A DNA stretch of 64,000 bases. Source: Macrostomum lignano (lineage: Eukaryota). Under the pieces are notes generated by a model, which saw nothing but the letters and a program-made list of their open reading frames with translations, was not told the origin of the DNA and did no database searches. The stretch covers positions 26,636 to 90,635 of the forward strand of contig NIVC01003571.1 of NCBI GenBank assembly GCA_002269645.1. Direction: 5' to 3'. Shown here piece by piece: positions 24,251 through 36,597 of this stretch; positions within the stretch are counted from its first letter, which is position 1, and each line of letters starts with the position of its first letter. A program made the position numbers and the translations under genes.

Positions 24251-27200
24251 CAGCCCCTATCCAGGATTTTAGGGAATTTACGACCAACTTGTCTGATCGG
24301 TTCCACGTTGTACACCGACAAAATAATGGTTAAAGACAGCGTGCAAGCTTCAAGACAGGGACATGTAGTTATCAACAAATCATTCTCTAGGAAGTTTGAT
24401 CGGCACAAATATAATTGGCACCAGACATATTGCTTTTGACGATGTAAAAGAGACTTGCGCCAATTCAAATGGGACGGCATATGTTTCTCAAGCAACATCT
24501 GTGAAGCGAAGTCACAGGATTTATGAGTATTGCAAGACACAGCAGTGGCAGAAAGAAATATTAAGCTTAAGGTTGTGGAGTGAGTTGTTTTTTATTCAGG
24601 CTCGTATTTTGCGTTGGTTTAGCTTAAGCCTGTAGCAGAGAAAGTGGTCAAACTCGGGGAAAGTGGAAGTTAAAAAATTACTACGGTTAGGAATTAATTG
24701 AATTCCATTATATCAAGAATTTTTATTTAAATGTTACATCTAGACTAGATCCCTTCCCTTGGTTCTATAAGGGATCCAAAGATCAAATACTAAGTTTGCT
24801 GCTCATTCTGCTTTCCGTATACCTTGCTTGAGAAGCATATGGATCAGTAGGGAGTATGGCTAGTCTCGTCTAGATCTTCAACAGCAATACTACAGCATGA
24901 CATTTTAGTGTATTTCAAGAGATTCAAACGGCCATTAGCTACGCTAGTAGCATTCAACAGCAGATTGGTTTCGACGCCACGCAATGTAAAATTATTGGCG
25001 CAATGTTACGTCAGTACATGCGGAAGTATTTGTAATGCAGAACAGCGGCAGTAGCTAAATATTGACATCCGAAGTTGAATTTTGCGACAATATTACACGC
25101 AATAAATAGCATTGACACCAAACGGTAAAAAGTAAAACACAAGAAAAGCACACGGAATTAAAAGTAAATAGTTTGCGTGGTAGGTTTGGAATTAGATCAG
25201 TGAAACAGTAAGAAGCATAAACTTTTGAATCGCGAGTACGCGATATGCACCATCACAGTTCGCAGCTGGGCAAATTATTCTGAAGAGACAACAACAAGGC
25301 AAACCGCCGGGGACTCAACAGAGTACAGTTCACAATGGAGGTGGTGTCAGATCAGTTTTCTCGGTGTGAGCTCTCTGAAGGCGGCAACAGAATTCCTAGC
25401 CGATCACCCCAGCGTCATCTAGCAAGCAATCCGCGTAGCGGCTCGCCCGGCCGTAGCCTCGGGGCCAGGGGCCCTGCATCGTGAGTAGCAGGACGTCCTG
25501 CACTGGTTGAGAACAGTAAGCCTCCGCCGAATGGTGTGGCCCGCCAGTTGAAGTCTTTGCCTGCGGAGGGTCTCGCTAGGTCGTCGCAGCAGTCTGGCAG
25601 CGCGGCGTCCTACAGGACAACTCGGATAGAGCGGAAGGCAACCCAGGCCAGGCCCCTGCGTCGCGCCAAGTCCTCCTGGACACTGGGCACAAGACTGCCG
25701 AGGTACGTGAAGCGCGTGCAGCGAGGTAGAGCCAATGCACGATCGTCGGGCATCCCAGCAGGTGATTTTGATAGGCAGCTCCGCAGGTACACATCACCTG
25801 CCTCTTCTCGATGTTCACCGCTAGCCCGACCGATGCCGCAGCTGCCACCAGGCTGTCTAGCATGCGCTGGGCTCCCTCAGCCGTAGAGGCAAACAGCTCC
25901 TGGGTTACGCCGACTCCAGATGGCGGCTGTTTGTTTGCAGCCACAGTAGGAAGCCGTCCTCATCTGTTGGCAGGGCCCTCCGTAGCACCCCATCGAGCAC
26001 CAAAACGAAAAGGTAGGCCGCAAGTGTGTCGCTCTGCAGCACCCTGAGGTCGTGTTGAACAGGTTGGACAGTACGTCAGGTGCCATTACGGCGGCGGTAG
26101 AGAGTTATGGTTGCTGCGACCAGTCGCTACGGCACGTAGAATGACCACAAGACCGATGCGAGGATATTCTGAAGAGAGGAAGGAGATAAATTCTTCTCCA
26201 CTTCTTCTGAAAAGAATAGTTAAAGTTTAATTAGCAGAGCTACGAGGTGAGGCTGGAAAGAAGAAAAGGGGGGGGGGTCTGAAGGGGAGAAGAGGCTGGG
26301 GTCTAAAGGGGAGAAGAGGGTTTGAAGGGGAAGAGAGGGTGGGATCTGTAGGGGAGGAGAGGGTGGAATCTGAAGGGGAGGAGAGGGTGGAATCTGAAGG
26401 GGAGGAGAGGGTGGGTACTGAATGGAGGAGAGGGTCAGGTCTGAAGGGGAGGAAAGGGCTGGGTCTGAAGGGGAGAAAAAGGAGCAAAGCAAAGAGGAAT
26501 AGCAAGGAGAATGGGGGACAAGGAGAATGGAGAAGGGAAATAGCAACAAGGATAGAGGAGGAAGGGAATGAAAAGGATAGAGGAGGAGGGGAAGTTCAGC
26601 AGGGAATATAAAAGAAAAAAACAGGAATAGAAGGAAGGTAAGAGAATAGCAAGGATGGGTAAGGAGAAGAATATCAAGGCTAGGGGAGAATAGCAAAGAG
26701 AAAAAGGGAGAGTGAAAGACCTTAAGCAAACTGACTTCAACTACTCAGAAGCTTCTAAAAGGAATATTTGAGCAACTATTAGCATATAAGGTAGGGCAGT
26801 TTAGCACAACTTGCCTAGTACGAGCTCGTAGATAGGTATATTAGGACTACTAGCCTTGTAGGGTACAGAGTTGTTTAGCAACTACTAGTCAGGTAGATAG
26901 AGTGGATTTGTACCTAGAAGACTAGCAGGTTGACCCGCGAAGCCTAACAGACTATAAAGTAGATTAGCACCTATAAGTCTAGACGGTAGAATGATAGGTA
27001 TTATATTTACTAGCCTAGTAGGTAGGATAGGCTACTAACCTAGTATAGTAGATAGAATCTAATCTAGGTTCATTATCCTGTTATTCCTCCTGTTATAGGA
27101 GGGTAGGAGCTGATGGCGGAGGCTAGGAGGGTAAGAGTTGGTAGAGGAGGGTAGGAGCTGGTAGAAGAGAGAAGGGAAAGTGTCGAAGGGTAGAGCAGGG

Positions 27201-27679
27201 CAGGGGAGAGTAGAAGGTAGGAGGGTAGGAAATGGTAGAAGGGCAGAGAAGGGTAGGAGCTGGTAGAGGAGAGTAGGGGGTGAGGCTGGTAACGGAGGTT
27301 AAGGCAATAGACAAGGGTATAGCTGCAGAGGAGGGGAGGAGCTGGTAGAAGAGGGTAGAGAAGGGGTAGAGGGTAGAGAAGGATAGAGGTGTGTAGGATA
27401 GTAGAGGAGAGTAGGAGGATAAAGGGTAGAGAAGAGTAAGGAGAGGATAGAAGAGTAGAGGAGGGTAGGGGGGCTGTCTGGGAGGGTTTGCCTGGGAAAG
27501 CTGCCTTGAAAGGTTTGCCTGGGGGCTGCCTAGGAAAGATAGCCTAGAAGGACTGCCTGGGAGGAATTAATGATTAAAGCAACAAAAAAGCATTCATAAA
27601 AATACAAACAGCACATGTGGAGTGCACGGGGTGTAGGGAGTGCAGGGGTGCAGGAGTCAAAGAAGTAGAATTCTGCTGG

Positions 27680-28605
27680 GGTTAGGGCTAGGATAGTGAA
27701 AGGGCCAGTTCTGGGGGTCTAGGGCCAAGACTGGGATGGGGTAGGGCTGGCGCTGAGATGGGGTAGGGCTGGGGTGGGGTAGGGCTGGGGTAGGGTAGGG
27801 CTGGGGCTGGAGTGGGGTAGGGCTGGCGCTAGGGTGGGGTAGGGCTGGCGATGGGGTGGGGTAGGACTGACGCTGGGGTGGGGTAGGGCTTGGGTGGGGT
27901 AGGGCTGGGGCTAGGGCTAGGGCAAGGGCAGGGGCTGGGGCTAGGGCTAGGGCAAGGGCAGGGGCTGGGGCTAGGGCTAGGGCAAGGGCAGGGGCTGGGG
28001 CTGGGGCTAGGGCAAATGCAGGGGCAGGGGCAGGGGCAGGGGCAAGGGCTTAGGCTAAGGCTAGGGCTTGGGCTAGGGCTTGGGCTAGGGCTTGGGCTTG
28101 GGCTAAGGCTAGGGCTAGGGCTAAGGCTAGGGCAAGGGCTGGGGCTAGGGCTAGGGCAGGGGCTAGGGCAGGGGCTAGGGCAGGGGCAAGGGCTAGGGCT
28201 AGGGCTTGGGCTTGGGCTAAGGCTAGGGCAAAGGCTGGGGCTGGGGCTAAGGCTGGGGCTTGGGCTTGGGCTAAGGCTAGGGCAAGGGCAAAGGCTGGGG
28301 CTAGGGCTGGGGCTGGGGCTAGGGCTGGGGCTAGGGCAAGGGCTAGGGCTAGGGCAGGATAGTGATAGGGCCAGAGCTGGGGCAGGGATAACAAGCACTA
28401 AGGCTAAGGCCAGGGCTAGGGGAGGAACTAGGGCTAGGGCTAAGGTTAGGGCTAGATTAGGGGCTGGGATAGAGTGGGATAGGGCTGGGACTGGGCTAGT
28501 GCTTGAGCTTAAGCTAGAGCTGGCTGCTAGGGCTGTGGTGTGGCTAGAGCTTGAGCTGGGGCTTGATCTCAAGCTAGGGCTAAGCTGGGGCTAGGGCTAG
28601 GGCTA
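27680..28605. repeat. Degenerate hexamer array (CTAGGG/CTGGGG/CTAAGG), right arm
   Basis: Mirror image of 10245-11160 with small unit-number differences. Confidence 0.9.
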
Positions 28606-29409
28606 AGAGAATGAAGCCACAAATAAATGTAAAGCTATAAACAAGGGTAGAACCTAGTAGAAAAGGATAGAGATAGGTTGAAGAGGATAGGATCAAAAGG
28701 TAAGGGGAGGGTAAAAAGGGTAGAAAAGAGTATAAGGATAGAAGATAGAGAATAAGAAAAGAGGATATAGAAAGATGAAAAAAGGGTTTACACCCAACCC
28801 AAGCATGCTAACTAAACATATTTTAATCCAATAAAAAGGCTAAATTCATGCTTTTATCTTTAGCCTAGGCTAAAGCTTAGGTAGGCTTAGCTATTTTGAA
28901 TCAAATATAGACCTAATTAGAATATATTAATCCAAACCAAATATACTAAATCTCTAATATTTGCTTGTATGCTTAATTATTTATATTAGGCATAGTAGGC
29001 AGGCTTCAAGTTTACTCACTAATTCATTAGTCTAATTAATAGTATTATTAGGGTTCAACTTTTCTTTAGCCCTAGGCCTAGCACTATATATAACTTGGTA
29101 TATATAAATTTTGGTAGGCTAGGCCTAGTATATTTAATTTTAAATTTCAATTCTATTTAGCAATGATTTATTTTGGCTAGGCCTAGGGCTTAAATTAAAT
29201 AGGTTTGATATCAAATCAAATAGTCAATTTTGTGTAAAATGGATTAAAAACTTAATAGGCCTACATTAAAATTAAGTCCTTAAAGCTATAGAGTTCTATC
29301 CTAGGCTAGATAGAATTAAGGCCCTATACTATATCTAGGCAAGGCATAGCTAATAGCTAATATAGGCAACTAATACTATAATGCTTTGGCTAGAAATATA
29401 TCAACAATA

Positions 29410-29674
29410 CCCTATTGCAGCGCATGGCTTAAGTACGCCAGACGCCTACACAACCTGCGCCACGCTGTGAAATGACTTACCTGTGAAAGAAACCCTAAAG
29501 TTTTGGGTAAACGGCAGGAGTAACTATGACTGTCTTATCAAGCCTAAATGCCTCGGCATCTAATTAGTACCGCGCCGCGCCGTACTAATCGCCGCGCGCC
29601 GTACACGCCGCGCCGCGCCGTATTAGATCCGCGCCAGACACCGTCCGCCAAAATGCCCATGCGCTGCAATCAGG
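29410..29674. mobile_element. MITE of the same family as 366-639, right arm only
   Basis: TIRs ccctattgcagcgcatgg / ccatgcgctgcaatcagg. The 8-bp TSD caacaata sits at 29402-29409 and 29675-29682. The empty site is present in the left arm near 9432. Confidence 0.9.
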
Positions 29675-31289
29675 CAACAATATAGACAAATCTGGCTCTG
29701 TTAATAAAAAATAATAACCCAGTCATATACTAGCAAATGGTTTACTAGTCAAGCTCTATTTTTTATTTAGCAATTAACATTACTATTTATATATAGAAAT
29801 ACCATTATATTATATAGATAGGTCTTGGATATATGCGCCTTTTATATACCATAACACTAACTGAAGAAAAAGCATAAATTTTAGGGCCCATATTTTTAGG
29901 TGTATAGAACTGCTTAAATTAAATTAAGCCATTGGCATTGGCATTGCCAATATATATGTAAAATGTAAAAGGGTATAACCGTTTCAATGAAAGAACTTTT
30001 TTGTGCATATGTGCACAAATGTTTTCAATACAATGTAAAATAAAGCTAGAAATACATGCAGCGCTACACCACTACATTCATTGCTGGGCTACAAGGCCAT
30101 GTTTTCCGAGGATAGAATGGCCTCATGAGTGGGACACGGCTGTGTCGCCGGACTGTCTGGAAGCCGGCCTATTTAATATTATAATATAGCAATGAAATAT
30201 ACACTACTTTATAGCCAAGAACTTTTTCAAAGTCAAATATTTTTTAAATGGCCAATACAATATTAGCATTATAGCCAACTTTATAGCAATATCTGGTTAT
30301 TTTTTCTAATTAGGTCTAAACCTAGAATTGCACTCACTCTTAGTCTCTCTTACTCTCTAGAATAAAAACTGATATTTTTTGCATATGACTATATGGGAAG
30401 CAAAGGCTTAGGCCCTACTTTTTTCTACTCAACTCAACTCACTCAACTACTAGGCCTACCGCCTACCTACTACTAAACTTCTACCTGGCTAGGCCCACTG
30501 GGGCTGGCCTAGGCCTAGGAGTAGGAGTAGGCCTATACCAAGTGGCTAGATTACCTTTTAAACAACACAATTAACTTGACTTAAATAAACCAGACTTGTT
30601 AGTTCGTTTAATACCATAGTATTAGAATTTAGAATTAGAACCAATTATTTTATTAAAAAATCTCTACTAAGCTACAGGTACAGCACAACCTAGGTCTAAT
30701 TCAATGCCTTATAGTAGTAAGCCTAGTTTAGGCATGTCATGTGTAGGCTTAGCCACACAGCCTTCACCCCAGCTCAGTTTTAGAACTACATGGATTTTAG
30801 ACCCTAGTTTCCTAGTTGCCGGCCAGCAGCACGCACGCACGTGCCTTCAGCGAGTAGAAAGCATTTAAATTTAAGCTGCAAGGGCCTAGGCCTACCGTCA
30901 TGATGCATGTCTAAAACTAACTAACAAGAAACCCACAGCAGAAAGAGAGTCCTGCAACAAGCTACTAAAACATGAATGCATTTATTGGCGCTAAAAAGTT
31001 AACTAGCTTTGTTGATATTGTAACAATCATTTTTCGATTAACCAGCAAGCTGAGACAGCAACCAGCATGCTGTCATACCGTAAACAAAAAACTTAAATCG
31101 TGCTGTTTTCGTTAGTTTTAAGCAAACACGGGTGACAATAAATGCTTGCAATACCAAAATAAGTGCTAGTCCTATAATAATACAATTCTCAAAATAATAG
31201 AAATGTAGGAATTCAGTCATATATGTGTAGGCTACATGTTCAATTCTAGGCTTTGTCACCTCCAATTATAAAATCCATGGTCATAGAAA

Positions 31290-32146
31290 CTCATGTCATC
31301 AGGTACCAACTAAACTGCAGAAATGGATACAGATACAGAATGGATTTGCATAGGCCTACTAAAATTTGGATACGAATGCAGATTACTATTTTGCAGAATC
31401 AATGCAGATATAAAAAGCAGATGTAGAAAATCACTAGATTTAGTTCTATCAAAACATTGATTTATATTCTGTTTTATATTTAGTTCTATTTGATTTTTAG
31501 ATGAATTTTTCTTATTTAAATTTATTGTGAATAATGATAGAAAATTGTTGTCTCCATTTAAAAAAAAAACAAATCAGATGAGGAAATCATCAAGAGACTT
31601 ACATGTCTTTTACAGAATTGGCACAGGTACATGAAAACAAGAAACTAGTCTAGATTTGATCTAGATTTGAACTATCTAGTTGAACTATTTAGAATCCAAA
31701 CTTAAACTTTACATATTTGTGGTCTTCAGAAATACACATACACATGTTATATATATACATTTTTTCTATTAAATCTAGCAACAAAAATAACTTCAAAACT
31801 AATCAAATTTCTTATTTTCTACTATCAGTAGCATATCTCAGAGCAGCTTTAGTTTTCAAAATAGAGAAAAAGATTTTTTATCATTATTTCACAATAAATT
31901 TAAAGGAGAAAAATTTATTTGAAAATAGGACTTAAACAGAAACAGAAATAAAGCAGAATATAAATCCATGTTACTTAACTAACTAACAGAACTAAACAGA
32001 ACTAAATCTAGAGATTTTATACATCTACTATTTATATCCATATTGATTCCTCAAAAAAGTAACCCACATCCATATCTGCATTTTAATATATGAATCCATT
32101 CCATATCCACATCCATTTCCACAATTTAGTTTGTACCTGTCATGTC
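31290..32146. mobile_element. Old degenerate TIR element
   Basis: catgtcatcaggtaccaactaaactgcagaaatggata at 31293 is an imperfect inverse of catccatttccacaatttagtttgtacctgtcatgtc near 32110-32145. Confidence 0.4.
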
Positions 32147-32298
32147 AAGTACATTCTAGCCTATAGGCCTACTTAAGCTATAAGCTATGCAACTTTCACT
32201 TTACTATACAAGAGCTCATTACCATCGTCTATCACATACATGCGCAACTGCTGGCCGACCTGGCCGATCTGGCCAACGTAAATTGTGGTGGACCAGGG

Positions 32299-32470
32299 GT
32301 AAGTCGCAAAAATGCCACCCCAAAGAATATGGACGTAGTACTAATTAGATGCCGAGGCATTTAGGCCTGATAAGACACTCCTGCCGTTTACCCAAATAAG
32401 CATTTATTTTGCTTTAGGGTTTCTTTCACAGGTAAGTCGCATTTTTGGTCAAAAAGTAAGTCGCATGGCC
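32299..32470. repeat. Relative of the 366-639 MITE core
   Basis: Shares tactaattagatgccgaggcatttagg..gataagac..cctgccgtttaccca..ttttgctttagggtttctttcacaggtaagtc. Confidence 0.7.
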
Positions 32471-33189
32471 AGTGTAAATCAGGGGGGTTGCGCATGTATG
32501 GTCTATCATACTATATATTTGCAACCTTTAGAATCACCTGGCCATTTTTATTTATAACATATACATGTAACTATTTAAGAGGTCTAGTGAGATTTTGAAT
32601 CTTCTAAATTTCTAATTATGTAGTATGATAGATCTTGTTTGTATGAGTAAAGACACTTTACTTTTGAATTTTGGTTAAGTAATAAAAAAGTTATATCATT
32701 TTAGTGTCATATTTTTTTAAACTTCTGTAATGCATTTTTTCCCATAAGGTAGGGCCTACTGTGATCATTTTTCTTCTAAATGTCTGATTTTCCAAGTTAT
32801 AGATAATATAACTTTTAAATTATCCAATGGATTTTTATGCCTAATATCTTTTTTTAGCTTTTCTCTTTTAGATTATTTTGTATTAGTGCTTTAAAAAATA
32901 CTATTGATGGTTTTTTCTCTTATTCTAAAAGTAATGAGGTGCTATAAATGGAATTTTAATCCTTAGACCACAATTATTCCTTTTATCCTTATATAAATCA
33001 TCTAGGTACAACACCAAGCCAATCTAGCTGTCTGGCAAAGGGCCCAGCCAAGTTAAGTTGCAAAAATGCCCATCTAATTAGTATTCCAAATTAGCAAAGG
33101 AGTACTAATTAGATGATAAGGTATTCACTCCTGCCATTTACCTAATTTTTTATTAGAGGCAAGGGGGTCATGTGCACCTTGGCGCACTT

Positions 33190-33509
33190 TAAGCGACATC
33201 AACACACAACTGGCGAGAGGCATTACTGCCCATTCCGCCTATTCTCTTGAGCAGGCATACAAGTGTGCAGATATGTATGCAGGCACACACATAGGAATGT
33301 ACAGCAGCCCTAACAGCCCTAACTTTATATTATCATTAGGCATGTACACTTCACTGTGCCTTGAGGGGTTGGCTCTCAAGGCTGTAAATTGCACAAGCAG
33401 AGCCAAGCCGAGCTTCTAATTCAGCCCAAAATTAATGCGACTGCACTTGGAATCAAGCCTGGGTCACTGGCACACCAGAGCAGCTATGCTACTACTGGGC
33501 TATAGCCCC
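33190..33509 (-). mobile_element. tRNA-derived SINE-like remnant
   Basis: The minus strand starts ggggctatagcccagtagtagc (A-box-like) and contains ggcttgattcc (B-box-like) about 50 nt later. CpG-depleted. Confidence 0.45.
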
Positions 33510-34615
33510 CTTGCCATTTACCCAAACCATTGGTATTATTATTGGAGTTGTGGTAAGATCTGGCAATGAGATCATTGTTTCTTCTTGTTTGTATGCCATT
33601 TTGGATAATAAAACAGAAGAAAAAAGAAGAAGAAAGTACATTTGCTACTAAATGGTTATGCATACATATTGTTGGGGGGTAATGTTTAGATAACTATGTG
33701 GATAAAAGTGGGGACCAAAAAGTAAAAATAATACAATTAAATTCTATGAAAAATTCTATATAAAAAACAGGTACCAGCAATTGGAGGTAGTAGATTCAGA
33801 AATAATTGTTTAAAGTTTTTAAATGAAATTTTACAATACATAAAAAACTTATTGCCTTTTTATCTATTATCATCAATATTGTTTTACTACACCTCTCTCA
33901 TTTTTTATGTGTTGCCACTTTTTAAAAACATTTAAAACACTTACAAAAAATATACAGCAGATTCTGGCTCGATTCTTCTTAAAGACAATGCTAATGATGA
34001 TGTAGAAGTGAATTGGAATTAATTAAGAGGGATTAGAAGAGCAACTTTGGGGGAAACAGAGACTGCTCTTAGAATTTAAGATAGATTTTGGGAATAAATA
34101 GGAGTCGGGACAGGGGCAGGGATTTGCTCTAGGTTTCTTCTTAATGGCAAGCAGCTGGGATGTCAAAGTGAGTAAACCCAGGTAGCCAATGGTTGAATTT
34201 TGGCTCAGAAATCTAGATTTTAAATAGTATCAAATCCACAGATCACATGCATGATAGATTATGGCAAAACCCTTTGACCCAACCTTGACCCTTGACCACT
34301 GTAGAAGGAAGCCTTGCTAAGTGCTAATTGGAAGATCCTTGTACATAAAGGAAGATGTTTTAGGTTTTGGGATTTTAAGAAGATTGTGCAACTGTTATAT
34401 AATATAGGGGCTATCACATTGCAGCTACAATTTATGTCATGTTCCAAAAATACTTGATAGCATAAAGCTTTGTGCCATAGAAGCATAATGTCATAAGATA
34501 GAGTGCAGAAGTTGGATCATTTGTGAGAGGGGTGGGTAAATAAAGAGTCTTGGAAGCAAATTGCCCAAACTACCAGCAACATGACATTGAATAATTAGTT
34601 AGTTAGTTAGTTATT

Positions 34616-36330
34616 TTAAAAGTAAAACTGCAGCAAACACAATTTTGAAAGCATTGTGTCTGCCTTGTGTGAGCTTAGCTTTGTCAGTAGCATGCCACTT
34701 GCAGAGAAAGCAGATTTGGCTTCAAGGCTAGTAGGTAGAATAGAGTGCATTGCAGTATAAAGCCTGTCAAGCCCTATGCCACACTGGCCAATAGTGCGCA
34801 AAAAATATATTTTGCAGCCAATCATGCGCTTGACATCAGTATTGGGACAATTATTGGCTTTTAACTCACAGCACAATTTCGAAGTGCAACTTCAAACTGC
34901 TCTTCCATTGGGATGGCTCTGTCAATAGATGCAAAAAGGTTAAAAAATGCTACTTACTAATATGCTATACTTACTAGTACAAACTATATAATTTTACTTA
35001 TTTAGCAAGTAATTTACCTAATTTTGACATCAGGTTCATTCTAACCTGTTGTGCTTAAGCATCATCCTAAAGCAGATCAAGTCTTTCAGCATCAAAACAA
35101 GTGTGTACTTTGCTGCATTCAGTTTAGCTGCACTTCTGACTTTGCCATTTCAATGAAGAAACTGTGCAGCCCGGGTGGTGCTACTTCAATGCTGTAAAAA
35201 CAATTGTGCAGTGCTTCTAGCAAACGAATGGACAGACTAGTTCCCTGCTGTCATAGCTCTAAGATGGCATAATTGATAGAGGCATCTGCCTGAATGAGTG
35301 TGCAGTCTCGTTGAGAAAGTGCCTTGATGACAAGTTGCAATGGCTTCAGTGTGGCACTCAGTTCCCTCAATCATTCAATTTCACTTCGGTAGAATTATGC
35401 TTTGATGCCAAAGTGCAACATAGTGCTCTGAAGAGGCTTTAGTAGCAATAGGAACCGATCAACCATTATTAAAAGCAAATTCCAGAGTGTTTTTACAATG
35501 AGTAACAGACACAGTGGCCATCCAAGTTCCACCTAGACAAACATCTGCAGGTGTCATTTCGGACAAGGGCTTGTCAAAATATGAAAATGCACTTTCTTAT
35601 TTGCTGAAAAACTTGATCAATGGCATAATCAAATTGGACATCATCACCATTGTTGTCCTGTATATCCTAGTCAACAGTCTCATCAGCGTCAGTTTCTTCA
35701 TCTTCACTAGCACCTTGCTCAAAATCATCATTGGTGAAGTCTGCAACTGCAGCAACATTCTCATTTGCAGAAAAAATATCATTGCTAGTATCTGCAGCAT
35801 TTCTTGCATAAAGGATATCGCAGGTAGCCAGATGTATACCATGAGCATGGCATATCTGATGTTCAACATTAAGCAACTTAGCAAATTTGACTATTATAGA
35901 AGCGCCATCAGTTGTGGCAACAACTATGTCGTGCTCTGTATTATACACTTCCAAATTCCTAAAGTCGAGTTCGCAAAAGTAGCATACAGATTTCTGTAAT
36001 CATTAAACCTTTGATACGAAGTAGTCCAAGATGATAAACTTGCTTATCAGTTGTGTGAATATTGATATTCATGAAGCGCCTATTGTTAATTGCAGTCCAC
36101 TCATCAATTGTAAGTGAATAATGCTCACATTGCATCTTTCTGGCATTCAAATCTGGCATTCAAATGCTTTTTCGAGTAATAGGCTACAATTGAGCTTTAG
36201 ATATACAAATTCTTCTTAGGATTCAAAATTGGCCAGAAAGATTATGTGATCAAAGCAGTTAGCTAATGGCCCTTGGAATGGCCCATGAGTACTATGTCCC
36301 AGAACTGGATTTTGAAGCAACAGTTGGCAC
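34616..36330 (-). pseudogene. hAT transposase, heavily decayed
   Basis: YSLTIDEWTAINNRRFMNINIH, TTDGAS, QICHAHGIHLA, a TRWNS-like KTLWNLL, and a C-terminal dimerisation-like PTSLEAKSAFSASG motif. Many stops and frameshifts. Confidence 0.8.
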
Positions 36331-36597
36331 TTGGAAGACTTTTATCTCCAAGGGCCAGATAAAGAATCCAGCTCATGCTACAAACTAGATAAGAGTTGAA
36401 AGGAGATAAGATAAAAGATAAAAGAGGAGAGATAAGAGAAAAGGAGAGAGAATGTAAAATAAATTATAGAAGATAGAGAAGGGAGAAGAAAGAAAAGATA
36501 AAAGAGTAGAGATGAAAGAGGAAAAAGGAGAGATTAGAAACTGTCTAACAGTTTCATTCCTGATTGAGTTACAGAGTTGAGACTTTATATTTAGATA
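36039..36597. repeat. Direct repeat copy 1 (copy 2 at 43942-44515)
   Basis: Near-identical block cttgcttatcagttg...ctttatatttagata with small indels. Confidence 0.9.

Larger units (their letters stand above)
7592..31134. mobile_element. Giant foldback/long-TIR element, 23,543 bp, non-autonomous
   Basis: 7592 to about 15765 is the reverse complement of about 21240-31134. The termini are cacccgtg...cacgggtg. The 7-bp direct repeat acaataa sits at 7585-7591 and 31135-31141. Confidence 0.75.

Noticed and set aside
14399-24439. Very long ORFs (up to 890 aa) of PTAPLPTAAP / QQLRCLP repeats
   Set aside because: They are read-through of a 30-bp minisatellite, open in several frames at once, with no unique domain or splice context.
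7592-31134. Pure assembly or hairpin-read artefact, or a Polinton/Maverick
   Set aside because: The arms differ by two TSD-flanked insertions, SNPs and array lengths, which a hairpin read would not create. There are no polB, integrase or capsid genes, and the ends and TSD length do not fit Polintons. Mis-joined haplotypes are not fully excluded.
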